Shown here: piece after piece, positions 12,997 through 25,866 of the stretch
Layout: each line of letters begins with the position of its first letter
Numbering within the stretch: position 1 is the stretch's first letter
DNA from: Octopus bimaculoides
Lineage: Eukaryota
Assembly: GCF_001194135.2 (NCBI RefSeq)
Contig: NC_068985.1
Location: 62,487,098-62,538,178, forward strand
DNA length: 51,081 nucleotides
Direction of reading: 5' to 3'
Translations under genes and position numbers: made by a program
The notes under the pieces: generated by a model
Database searches by the model: none
What the model was told of the DNA's origin: nothing
Seen by the model: the letters and a program-made list of their open reading frames with translations, nothing else

Positions 12997-15900
12997 CAAC
13001 CAAATCTCCCTAAAATGTACGTTTTTAAAAATATAAGCATACTGATATACAGAGATGAGATGGTCACACCTGTAATGCCTTTGATCATTGGTTCTGAGAG
13101 CTGAGTTGACACTAAACAGCAATAACAACAACAAAAGCCTTCAGGTTCACTATTATTGATGTTGACTTGACGAAAGTCAGATCTAATGAGATTATTGAGA
13201 TAATAATGTAACATTGAGTAGACGTAGATTGTATATAAGATATGGGGATATTCTTAAACAGACACTCCACAGAAACTTTCTTTTGGTTAGACAGCAACAA
13301 CACTGATATTAGTGAGGTACTGTCAACAGAGTTGTGGTAAGATGGAATCTTATAAGATGGAATCTTATAAGATGGAATCTTATAAAACAAGTAATAAACA
13401 TTATGACAATATATACAGGGCTAAATTTAATGATTTTTTTTATGTCTCCTTTGTCTTCGGAAACAGCTTACTGTATTGGTGAACAGTCACCAGTGTTGGA
13501 GGACAAAAATATTTAAAGTTGTAGATGAGTAAAAGTTAGCTGACATGGAGGACCAGAAGCCATCTATATATTGGAAAAAATAATTACCTGCATCATGAGA
13601 ATGTTCACCAGATATCAAAATTTTGATAACATGACTGCTGCACAATGCTCTGTGAATATTATAAAGGCTATCAGACATGACATGCTGCTGCAATGAAGAC
13701 CACAAAGCCATGGTCAGCATGAATTGGATACAACAAGCATTCTAACTGCATCCTTACACTGCAATTCATTTCCACATCTTTAAATAGCATCTTAGGCTCA
13801 GTTCAGACAGCTCTTAGAAGCCCCTGGAGACTGTGGGCAATCCTTAGCTAGAGAGGACTGCTGCTGGAAGGCCATATGTGTAGCAACAGCATTGGACTCC
13901 TTGCCATACCTCCAGAAAGACTCAGAAGTGGTTATTGGAGAATTTCTATGATTTCACCAGCCCCAATTTCATGTTTCCTAATTCCCTCAATTGTAATCCC
14001 ATGCATTACTATGTGTAGGGCACAGTTGAGAAAAGTACCAACTACTCAGCCTGCAACACCAAGATTGAGCTGGTAGCCAAGATCAAAGAGGTATATGAAG
14101 ATCTTCCCAGGGACACAGTGAGGAATGCATGTGCCTGGTTCCAGAGAACAGTTTGAGGCCATGATGGAAGCTGAGGGTGGCTATTTTGAGTAAATTATTA
14201 TCTCCCAGCTACAACTTTATATTTTTGGATTTTTTAAAAATACTTTTATTTTTGGATGGGATATTGTGTTTTCTTTTCTTCTTATGTAAGCTTTCAAATT
14301 TAGCCCAAAGACACCATATGTTCTCTGCTTATGACTCCCAACAACAATTGCTGGATGCGAAAATCAACCAGGTATATAAGGCCTTGTTGATAATGATACT
14401 GTCACCTGATGATTTGAATAGTCACATGAGGAAACTTCCACTAAAGACCACTAGTATACATGAAGACAGCTCTGAACAAGGTCTTACAAATAAATAAATC
14501 CATGTGAATTACCTATTTGCAGCTCACAAACTTCATGAAGTCAAACAAGTTGTCATAAATATCTGTCAAGAGGACTGGGGAACAAACTGATTTTGTACTT
14601 AGCTGAAATGGAGCCAAGCAAACAAGAACACCAAATGAACAACTCAGTATAAAATAACAGCTAATAACTTTTACATGGAGACATGATAAAATCAGAAATA
14701 TAAACATAAATACAAACAGCACTTCATTCTATCTAAGACCAAAGCTAATGTTAATAACATATTTACTAATACCATTACCACAAAGCTTATACAAAAGACA
14801 AAGCTAACGAGAAAACTATAAAACAAAATAGTACATTCTGTAGAGGAGCAGAACCCCCACCAAGCAATTTGATGGTTAAAATGTTGTGGGTAGAACTATA
14901 AGAACTTCAAAAGGTCTGGAATAAAGATGAAGAATATGAAGAAGCTCAATGCAAAGGAAAACATCAGGCATACCTTGCTATGATAGGAACTGAAATTTAG
15001 AAATGATATTGTATTCTTCAAAGAAGAGGGGCATGAAATACTTCAAATTACAAGGCAGTGTGATCCCCAAAATCAAAAGATTGAAAGCAACACTGATATA
15101 TTCCATTCAGTTGAAAGAAAATGTGGTATCAAAGTGTTACTATAAGAGATATTCTTTTCTTTTCTACTCTAGGCATAAAGCCCGAAACTTTTGGGGTGAG
15201 GGCCAGTCAATTAGATTGACCCCAGTACACAGATCTTTTTTAAAACGGGGGCCACATTTTTCATTAACGAAACACTTTGAAACTTGGAACACTGGTAGAA
15301 TTTGTCATATAAAACATCTTTTTCTCTTAGTCTTCTTAAAAAAAAAAAGAAATCCATAAATTATTCCATGTTAAAGTTGTCGTATTTCTGTAATTTCAAC
15401 CAATCACTGACGTCCATTCAGCCGATATACATTAAGTGCCGACTACATAAACAAACGATTCTGAAACAATTAACCCTAACCCTAACCCTAGGGTTAGGGT
15501 TAGGGTTAGGGTTAGGGTTAAAGCAAATTTAAAATGAAAAAAGCAAATAAAACGAAGGTATGGAGATTAAATACGCTTTACATCGCTTAATCAGCCAAAG
15601 GAGTAAATATAAACAACTGAATACTTGTCAGTGATTGGTTGAAATTATCGAAATAAGACAATTTTTTACATGAAATAAATTCGAATACAAAAATATTTTT
15701 CTGTTCTATAACACAAAATAGATAAGTATACGAAGTTTGAAAGTCTTTCGGTACCAAAAACACTACGTAAAACATTAATGAAAAATGTGGCCCCCGTTTT
15801 AAAAAAGATCCTAGTACACAACTGGTACTTAATTTATCTACCCCAAAAGGATGAAAGGTAAAGTTGACCTCGGTAGAATTTGAACTCAGAACATAAAGAC

Positions 15901-16559
15901 AGATGAAATACCGCTAAGCATTTCGCCTTGTGTGCTAACAATTCTGCCAGCTCGCCGTCTTACTATAAGAGATATTGAACAAGGAGTAGGTGTAGGATAG
16001 TAACTATCACTATGCAATCTATTAAGCTACTAAGGAAATGAAAGCAGAGATAATTGTATGAAACTATCTAGGTTATATGCTAATTGGGAGTGTAAATGTT
16101 AATCCAGGAGTACAGGTCTGTAGTATTGTCAAGCACTAATTTAGTAGTATTATTAGAGTTATCACCAGTTGTCAAGCTTGGATAAGTTGCAGTTAGGCTT
16201 TCATGCTAAATGTCTAGTGATATAAGAGCAAGTTGTTAACAAACAGTAAACTACTTTCATCAGTCAGAAGAAGATCTTTGTCATGATCTGATGCCCTGAT
16301 GTGTAAATGGTACAAAAGCAACTTGATGGAGAAGAATGGCTTGTGAAAGCCATTAAAAGCTATCTATTTATTTTCCCCACATTCACAATGCTTTTGTTTT
16401 ACTCTAATAGTATGATATCTCATGATATCTGTTTCAGTTTTTATCAATAAATATTTTTACTATTCATTATAAACCCTCACGCCATATTACCATAATCCCC
16501 ACAATCAGCTGGTTTGCTTTAGAAGTATAACCCAGCTTCTAATTTATACTATGTTATGA

Positions 16560-16618
<59 letters not shown>

Positions 16619-19600
16619 ATTCAGTATTTGAAATACCTTTGTATGAGTATAATGTTTTGTTTTGTTTTTTAAAATTAATTACAGATGATGCATTAAATTT
16701 AAACAAATTACAAAATTCTGCTCCTCGTATCAAACGTGCATTACAGTCAACTCCTAAAATGTATACAATTGAAGTTTTGGCACTTGTGGACGAAAGAAAG
16801 TAAGTTGGTAAATGAATTCTTTAGCTTATTACAAATAATGCCAAATAAATATAAATTCATTAAAGAATATAGAAATACAAAAGCCTCATCTATAAAAAAA
16901 AAAAAAGGCATTTAGATATTTACAGAATACATTCTTTACAGTTTGTGTTGAGGTTTTTTAAAGTAATGTCAGAAATTAGAAAATTACTATTTTTAAATCT
17001 CACAACATGAGATATTCAGCAACAGTACTTTGTAGTAAAGATTGCTTGCCAACATAACATGGCAGTCCCGGTTTAGGATGAATGTTGCTGTAATTTAGTC
17101 CCAGGAGACATTGTCTCCAGCTGGCTGTACAACACGATCTGTGTCCTTATATTTTCGAACAAGGGAATCTAGCACCCCCACTCAGCTCAAAACAATATCT
17201 GTGTATCACGATTTTCAGGTTATTTCCCTTCATCAGCACAGAATAATTGTTCAGCTAGAGGTGGATTCTTTATCATGATTATACAATCAATACACAGATG
17301 GGACATTACAGGATGAAACGATTACAAAAATGTTATGATGAGTTCGAATGAACGTTAAAAATTTAGATATAATTTATATAGTTTACTTGACTGTCCGTTA
17401 CCCTTTTTTAAATTTTTTTTAAAAAATAAAGTATAAGAAACAAGTTCAAACTTCTTACCCAGCAGCCAGTAAGGTCCAGCAACTATCTTTTTTCCTTTCA
17501 TTAATGATTAAGCTGGGTTACTGATACCCACCTTTCTCATCACATCCTTCCAACGTTTCTCATACTCCCTCTGCGGCAGGGTCTTCCTCTCCAGCCCCAT
17601 CTTGCTCTTCAGATGGTACCTGAAGTAGGTTAACAAACCCGGGCCAGAGACGAAGGACCCTGTCACGAAACCTTCCATTCTAGTTCTCCATACACACTCT
17701 TTCAATACTGCCACCATACAGTGAAAACAAGCCTCACCATACTTTGAGAGTCCAGTTGGCGGTACCATCTTTATTACAGATCCAGCCGACAGCTGTATTC
17801 GTCCCAGATGCGACAACACGTGTTCTACGTAACTTATCAAGTTTGACAGCTCCCGACATTGTACAAAAGAGTGCTGGACGGTTTCATCGTCCAGTCCACA
17901 GCTAGGACACGTCAGTGACACTGACATTCCGTGCCTAGATAACTTATCGCAAACAGGTAAAGTGTTCCTTTAGCACTGCCAGGTCAGGGATTTTTGGTAA
18001 TTGTCCAAGTACCCTGGCCTGAAAGTCTTTTTAAACAGATTGGCAAGTTGGTTCTCGTCGAATCCCAGAGCCCCTCCTAGGACGTCATCATTTTTTGCCA
18101 TAAAGTCAGATTCCGTCTTTTTATGAAACCAGGTTTAAATCTCTCCATAGAGGCCGGTCGCGAGAAGAATTCCTCTGCCAGCGGACTCCACACTTTATCA
18201 CCTTCCAGGTGGCACCAGAGATGTCTCAGCCTCAACATATGTCTTTGCATCATTAGCCAAGGCATTCCCAGCCCGCCCTTTAACGGTTCCTGGCAGCAAA
18301 CGGAGCGCCTTACAAGTGGCTTTCCTCCCTTCCACAAAAAGCAGAAAAGGAGTCGTTCCAACTTGTTTAGCCACAAATCGGGGCAAGGGACAACGGTCAG
18401 GTGTAAGTGATTACAGATGCGATAAACACCTGTACCACCTCCGCCCTTCCTTTCAAGGACAGAGCCCTTCCGGACCACTTCCGTACTACGACCTGCACTT
18501 TGTCTGCCACCTCGCTCCAATTCTTCTCCGTCTGAGAGTCTGGGCCAAACCAAACTCCAAGCAACTTAACAGGACCATCTGTCCAGTGCCCCACGACACT
18601 GGACGATATCGACTTGCTCCTCCAGGTGCCAAGGCACAAGCTGATGGACTTGTCCTTGTTAACTTTTGCCCCTGCCACCACTTCATATCCTCTGAGAGCA
18701 TCTTCTACACGAAGTAGCTGTGCTTCATTGGACACGATGAAGGTGACGTCATCTGCATAAGCAGAAACAGACTTACTGCATCCGATTTCATTAGGGTTGC
18801 CTCTCAACTTCTCCAGCTTCCGCAGCAATGGCTCGAGAGCCAACACGTACAGAAGCCGAGACAAGGAACACCCTTGACGAACTGAACACTTGATCGAAAA
18901 CGGCTCCATTAGGTAACCGTTTATCTGGACTGTGGATTTGATGCCGCTGTACATAGCGGAGATCCACCTGCAAAAGCCCGGGCCCAGCCCAGCCGCTTCG
19001 AGGACCGCCACCAGGTACCGATGGTCTACCCTATCAAACGCTTTACTTTGGTCTAAATGGACCATTGCCCCACCTTTGCTGGCTAATTTTCCAATCCTGT
19101 CTAAGGTGTAGCGGATAAAGTGAAGATTATCCTGGATCAACCTGCCTGGGATTACACAAGTCTGTGCCTTCCCTACAAGTTTCTCCACGACAGCCGTTAC
19201 CTTTTCGCTAACACCTTGGCCAAAGTCTTTAACTCTACATTAAGTAGAGTTATGAACCTGTAATTGCTAATATTATCCCCCTTGCTCGAGTCTTTCTGGA
19301 CCAGCGTCACCACTCCCCGGCTCACAGAACTAGGAATCCTCCCATTCTGCTGCCAGTTTGTATAGACGCCTGCCAGTATATCACCGAACAAGTCCAGCAT
19401 ACAACGATAAAACTCATAGGGCAGACCACCCAGTCACGGCGACTTTTCCCTGGCGCACTCAGCCAACACCTCTCTTACCTCCGCGGGAATGATCAGTCCT
19501 TCACAGCACTCCACCTCACAAGCCGAGAGTCGCGGCCCACCAACCAGGAAGTCCTTTAAGGCCTCCCCACGCTCAAGAAAACCGCTCTCCCCGAACAACT

Positions 19601-22600
19601 GCGCAAAATGCTGGTGAAAGACTTTCTGCATCTCCTCCTGTCCATAGATCTTGCGCCCCTGTTCGTCCGTTAAAGACTTTATAGAGGCACTTTTACCTTT
19701 CTGACTCTCCACACAACGTGCCCATCCGGCAACGTTAATACCTTCTCGTTTCCCTGCATGTAGCTTGGCTCTAACTCTGCAACCATTGTGCTTGGAGTTG
19801 AGGTGATGGTACAAGACCGTTCTCGCTGACTGCACTCTAGATGCAGAGCCAGATTCCATCGCCTCATCTAAGTTCTTAACTAAATCGCCCTCTATTCTAG
19901 TCCTATCTAAACTTAGCTGCCTGCTAAATATAATGGACTCCAAATGGATGACTCTTTTGAGGGCGTGCCACCATCTATTATTAATGATGGTGCCACATAA
20001 TGCCTTCTGTACTAACACCTTAATCCGGGTACGAAAGGCTTCACACATCAAAAGCTGTCTAGTAGACTCCTTAGGCTAGGATTCCCGTTCCTATTGGTTG
20101 AGCCAACACTGTCCACTTGTGCATCGAGGATAGTGTTAAAATCCCCTACCAGAACTATCGTTTTCGACATCACTAGAAAGTGCTCCAGGTCACGAAAAAA
20201 AAACCCGACTGCCTACGCTCGTTAGGAGCGTAGACAGCTAGCAACCTGAAGGACTGCTTACTCATGTGGGTCACATCCAGGACGACCAGCCTACCTTCTG
20301 GGTCCAGAAAGACAGTACTTACCTATAAGTCCAAGTTCTTCCTGATAAGGACTGCTACGCCCGCTCCTCTTCCCCAGCTAGGAGAAATAAATTTCTCGTA
20401 ACCATTAAGAAGAGGCGAGAACGCTTGAGGTCCGCTCATCTTGGACTCGGTTGCAATAGCCACATCTATTCCATGTGTCCTGAGGTTGTCCAGGAAACAA
20501 ACCTGTTTCCATTTCGACCCCATTCCATGCACATTCATACAGCCTAACTTAATCATCGATGAAAGAAAAATATTTTACTTACGATTGAGTGAGAGAGAAA
20601 GCATGACAGTTTTTGTCTGCCTCCTTCCCCGACACTCCCTATAGCTGCTGGGTTTTTCACCAGCATTACCACCGGGATCTGGGTTGGTGTGGCTGCCAGG
20701 CTAATAATTAGTTTACCCGCTATCACCTCTAGGATAATGTCTTTTGTTGCGTTATATACTGCCAAATTCCTATTCAAAATATATAGTTTTCAAAGTGACA
20801 ACTAGTCACTGATTTATAAATTAGAAAATTATTATTTTTAAATCTCACAATGTGAGATATTCAACAACAGTACTTTGTAGTAAAGATTGTTTGCCAACAT
20901 AACATGGCAGTCCCGGTTTAGGATGGATGTTGCTGTAATTTAGCCCCAGGAGCCATCGTCTCGAGCTGGCTATACGACATTTACCATTATGTTTATAATT
21001 GAACAATTCACATAACTTTAATGTAGAACTGCAGGAGTTAAATCATCTTTATCTTTTTTGAGAGACTAATTCATAACATTATTTAGTATGGAGAAGTAGC
21101 AACCCATTGATAGATATTTCTGATTAAAACTTATACCTCACATACCTGAATCAGTAAGATATTATTTAATACATCATAGAACATGCAACTTAATTTTATA
21201 TTTTTTTAAAAATTAGATTTTTAGCTTTGTTCTAAAATATATTTTAAAATGAAATAAATACTTCTTAAGGAGAATTATCTGGGGCCAATGAAACATTTTC
21301 TTAAATAGAATTTATACAGAGGGTTTTGTAGATAAAGTGTAGCTACATTCTTCGCATCTTCCAATTGTAATTTAGGGATGATTATAAATCTAGCGGGTCT
21401 GTCATAAATTTGTTGTTGGTAGCATAAACATTTAGGTAGGCTATACGTGAAGGTGATAAAGCCCACACACTTGTATAAATTTTTATTTTTTCTTTCATTA
21501 CTAGGAACATTTGCATTTACATAGGTACAACAATTTTTGAATAATATGGTGTACATGAAATAGTGAGTGTAATAGTTAAAGATCATCATTGTATAAAATC
21601 ATCATCATCGTCATTTAGATGGTTTGACTGGAGCTGAAAAGCAAGAGAGCTGCACCAGGCTCCAATCTGTTTTCGCTTGGTTTCTACAGCTGGTTGCCCT
21701 TCCTAATGCCAACCATTCCACAGAATGTACTGGATTTCTTTTATGTGTCACTGACATAAGGGCCACTCACATATCACCAGCACGGGTGCCTTTCACATGT
21801 CACTGGCAACTGGCTATGACTACAATTTCACTTGGCTTGACATGTCTTCTCAAACAAAGCAAATTGCTAAAAGTCTCAGTCACTTGTCATCGCCTACATG
21901 AGACCCAACATCTGATGATCATATTTTACCACCTCATCCCACATCTTCCTGAGTCTATCTCTTCCACAGGTTTCCTCCACAATTAGAGGTCAGTACTTCT
22001 TTACACAGCTGTCCCTGTCCATACACATCACATGATCATATCAGTGCAGTCTTCTCTCTTGAGAAGAGGCATATATTTTATGCTTCTTATGCCCAATTTT
22101 TTCTCTTAAGACACTTACACTCTGTTGTACATGACCAATATGGTTCAAAACAAAGCAGAAGCTTCACTACAGTATTGTCACTTCCACAAAATAGCTTATA
22201 TCATTTTCCAGGTTTCCAGTGTTTAAGTTTGTTTCAATATAGGATTTGTTGATGGAATTCCTTTTCACCCTTCAATGTACCTCAAGGATTCAACTATATC
22301 TTTCAAATACATTAACTACTTGACATTTGCTTATTTGATGCTACCTAAAATTTTATTTTATGTTCTTCCTCACATAAAATAAAATTTTTAAATAATCATA
22401 ACTTTTTATTTTTTAATTCTCTCTTTTATTGCTAAAATGCTGTCATATTTTAAAAGGTGTCCCACCACCACCAATGTTAACTTTATTCTGTAAGTTAGTC
22501 TTAAATTTACCATTTAAACAAGTTTAAACCAATTCGGTAGGGGTAAGAATTATTAAAACTATTGTAAATGGTAAACCATTTTGTTGTCATATTTCTGTTG

Positions 22601-25302
22601 AAACAGACTATTTTTGTTTACATTTAATTTTGAAAATAACAAAAAAATTTAATAATTTTGTCTTTATTAGACTGGTGTTTGGGACATTAATTAATGTGAA
22701 ATTTTGATGGAAGGTTTAAATTTAGATCACATTACAATGGAAAGTTTGTATCATAGAACCAGGTGAGGTTCAGCTGGGTTAGTATCAAAAGGGCTAAATG
22801 TAAGATGGAATAAATTAATCAAATTGCCTGTTTAAAATATGTGGAGCATGCTAAATTGAATGAATTCTATTTTTACTTTAACGGTTGTCTTTTCTTAAAC
22901 AGATGGGTTGAAAACAAAACTTTTGATGAAGGACTTAAGGAAATGCAGATATATATTGCTCATGTCTTTAAAGGGGTCAGTTTTGACAATTTGTTTTCTT
23001 GAATGTCTTATTAATGTGAAATGAAACAGACAGAGAGTGGTGGATATTTGTGATAATGTATATCATAAATTAGCGAATAGATTTATGGCAATAAGATATA
23101 ATATATTTAATTATATTTACTGTATGATCAGTATAGGTATAAAGAAAGATAAGAGTAGGGAGATGTAAAGTTGCAGGGAGAGAAGTGAGAGTGAAGGTGG
23201 AGCTATGACAGTGGAGGGGAAGACGTGAGAGTAGAGGTATAGATGTGAAAGTGGAGGGAGATATGCAAGAGTGGAAGGGTGATGAGAGGATGATGGGGAG
23301 ATGTGAGTGGGAGCAGAGTTGTGTGAGTGGAGAGAGACACGAGAGAGTGAAGAAAGAGGTGAAAATGGAGGGGTAATGTGAGAGTGGAGGGAAGATGTGA
23401 GAGTGGAGGAAGATATGTGAGAGTGGAAGATGGGGAGAAGTGAGAGAGGAAGTAGAGATGTTAGTTTTCAATTTTTTGTGTATTTGTAAATATATGTTAC
23501 ACCAATCAAAGTCATAAATTTATTTCCTTAGATTGACAACTTGTACAGAAATATACAAGACAAGGACGTCAGTTTTTCTGTCAAGCTGATGGGTATTGTT
23601 GCACTTCAAGTAAGTATCAACATTTTTTTAATTTTAGGTTAGGAACACATTCCACTGGTCAGATGCACTATTTGCTATCATCACTCACTGAGTGGGGGAC
23701 TGAGCATGCCATGGCTGATGATCCACAGTTACATACTAAGGCTGCAATATCTCCAGCAGTTCATCAATGATGAACAGGTATGATCACCACTTTTCATTTC
23801 CACAGATTGTCTCTTTAAGAGAGCTGCAATCCTGGATCAAGGAGTGCTACTGGAGAACATTGCCAGTTCAAGATAAACTCTAAAAGCAAAGAAATGCTAA
23901 CAGCTGGGTCTGCCTAGAATGTATGCATTGCAATGAAACCATCCTGTATACACTTGCCCAGTGCCCGAGTAGTGCTGACTTGTGGATTTATGCTGAATAG
24001 CTACCGTCATGTGCTGTCACTAGAATAAGAGAATTCCTAGTTCTGTGAGGAATAAGAGAATTCCTAGTTCTGTGAGTTATGGAGTAGTGACAATGCTGAA
24101 AAGTGAAGAACTGGTGCTCATACTAGTCTGTCTTGGCTGTAGAGTTGTTAAAATAGTTGACATCCTTCCAGAAATCCACATGTGCTTTATAAACTGCTCA
24201 TGGAAACCTCTTTACTAACACCTCAGCAAGAATTTTGAAGTCTGTGTTCAGCAGCGTTAGGGATCTAAAATTTTCTATTTGATTCCCCCTTGTTTGAGTC
24301 CTTTCTCAGCAGTATCACTGCTCCATAACTCACAGAACTAGGAATTCTCTTATTCTGCTGCCAGTTGCTGTAGATATCTGCTAAGATACTGCCAAACAAA
24401 TTTGGAATATAAAAGTAAAGCTTGTAGGGCAGACCATCCAAACCAGGCAATTTTCCCCCCATGCAGCCCATCATTGCATCCCATAATTCCATGGCTGTTA
24501 TCAGCTTTTCACAATGCTTCATCTCCCTTGCCAAGAGTAGTGGCATGCTGTCAAAGTAGGTACTGAAGTCCATCTTGTGATTTGGACTGCCATTGTCTCA
24601 AACAGTCAAGTAAAGTGCTTCCAGTAACCAGGTCCCTGCCTACAGAGTTTATCTAGGTTGACGGTGCAGATTGCAAATTTGTTATCTGTGTAGCTGATGA
24701 TTTTAAAAAGTAGGCAACTTATACAATCCTTATCTACTGGCCTATAGAATACGCTATCTAGATACAACCTATATGACCCAAAGCAGTTCATCCATGTCCA
24801 CACTGGCACATTTGAGAAATCCATTCAGCACCTGTCAGACAGTTGGAAACATATGAACAGGTTTGCAAGGTTTGTACACCCTCCCCTCTTTTAACATCTA
24901 TGCAATCTAAATGTGCATCCAAGATGACATTCCAGCCACACATTAGTACTAAAGGTCAAGATGTTCCCAGGAAAACCTTCAGACATCTAGTTGTCCTGCC
25001 CTTGTTGGAGCATAATAGCCTCCAGTCTGAAGGACCCCCCCCCCCCATTGCTACTGTTCACATCCAGGACCACTTACCTTCGGGGTCCTGGAAAATTGTC
25101 TTGAAGTTCATACCTCTCCTGAACAATACTGCAGTTCTATCTCCCATTCTCGGTTGGCATAGAGATAAGTAAATCTCATATCCACCGAAATACGCATGAA
25201 AGCTTGTTGGTGCTGTCTGGTGACGTTGTTGAATGGATCTCTCCTGCTGCTCTTTCAGTTGATGTTGTTGTTTTGGATGCTGCTGTTCTTGGTGCTGGTG
25301 TT

Positions 25303-25339
<37 letters not shown>

Positions 25340-25373
25340 TTGTTGCTGTTGTTGCTGTTGCTGTTGCTGCTGC

Positions 25374-25425
<52 letters not shown>

Positions 25426-25825
25426 GCTGTTTTCGTTGTTGTTGTTGCTGCTGCTACTGCTGCAGCTGTTGTCTATACTTTGATTTTCAGCCACATCAAC
25501 TAGTGGTGGGAAAATAATGTCATAGTGGCTGTTCCAACAGCCTTTACTTCCTTTGATTTAGAAAGCCACATTGATATTGTTTATTTTAAAAACGTTAAAT
25601 TTGCAATCTTAAATCTCAAAATTTGTCCTTAAAGGGTGAATTTTCACCAGACCAGCTCGCCCATTTGCAGTGAGCTGGGTTATTTAGTTGATAGTTCAGT
25701 AAAATTTGGAATACCAACTAATAAAACAACAAATTTTAAAGAAAACTTATGAGCCATGAACAAACATCCTCGTGCTCCAGACACAAATAATAATAATAAT
25801 AATAATGATAATAATAATAATAATG

Positions 25826-25866
<41 letters not shown>

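Larger units (their letters stand above)
16973..20980. repeat. 163-bp direct repeats (16973-17135 / 20818-20980), 13 mismatches, bracketing the Tx1-like LINE
   Basis: Manual gap-free alignment, offset 3845. Confidence 0.9.

Noticed and set aside
14330-15140. ORFs 14177..14497 and 15003..15359 and the ORF at 43161..43397
   Set aside because: No recognisable motif or splice-compatible placement in the host gene; probably decayed repeats.
15470-15520. Ancient chromosome end-to-end fusion site
   Set aside because: Only ~8 units, embedded in a TIR element with a TSD inside a SINE; transposition explains it better than a fusion at this locus.
17508-20556. Active or domesticated LINE ORF2
   Set aside because: Broken into at least six ORFs by stops and frameshifts; the same holds for all RTE, R4/Dong-like and mariner remnants here.
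25196-25503. ORFs of poly-Leu/Val/Asn (also 3499-3723, 16567, 26615-26893, 47242-47520)
   Set aside because: Translations of microsatellites; only the 3' part of ORF 16567..16803 is a real exon.
25648-25678. 9-bp GC-rich hairpin resembling a Helitron 3' end
   Set aside because: No CTRR terminus or matching 5' TC end identified.
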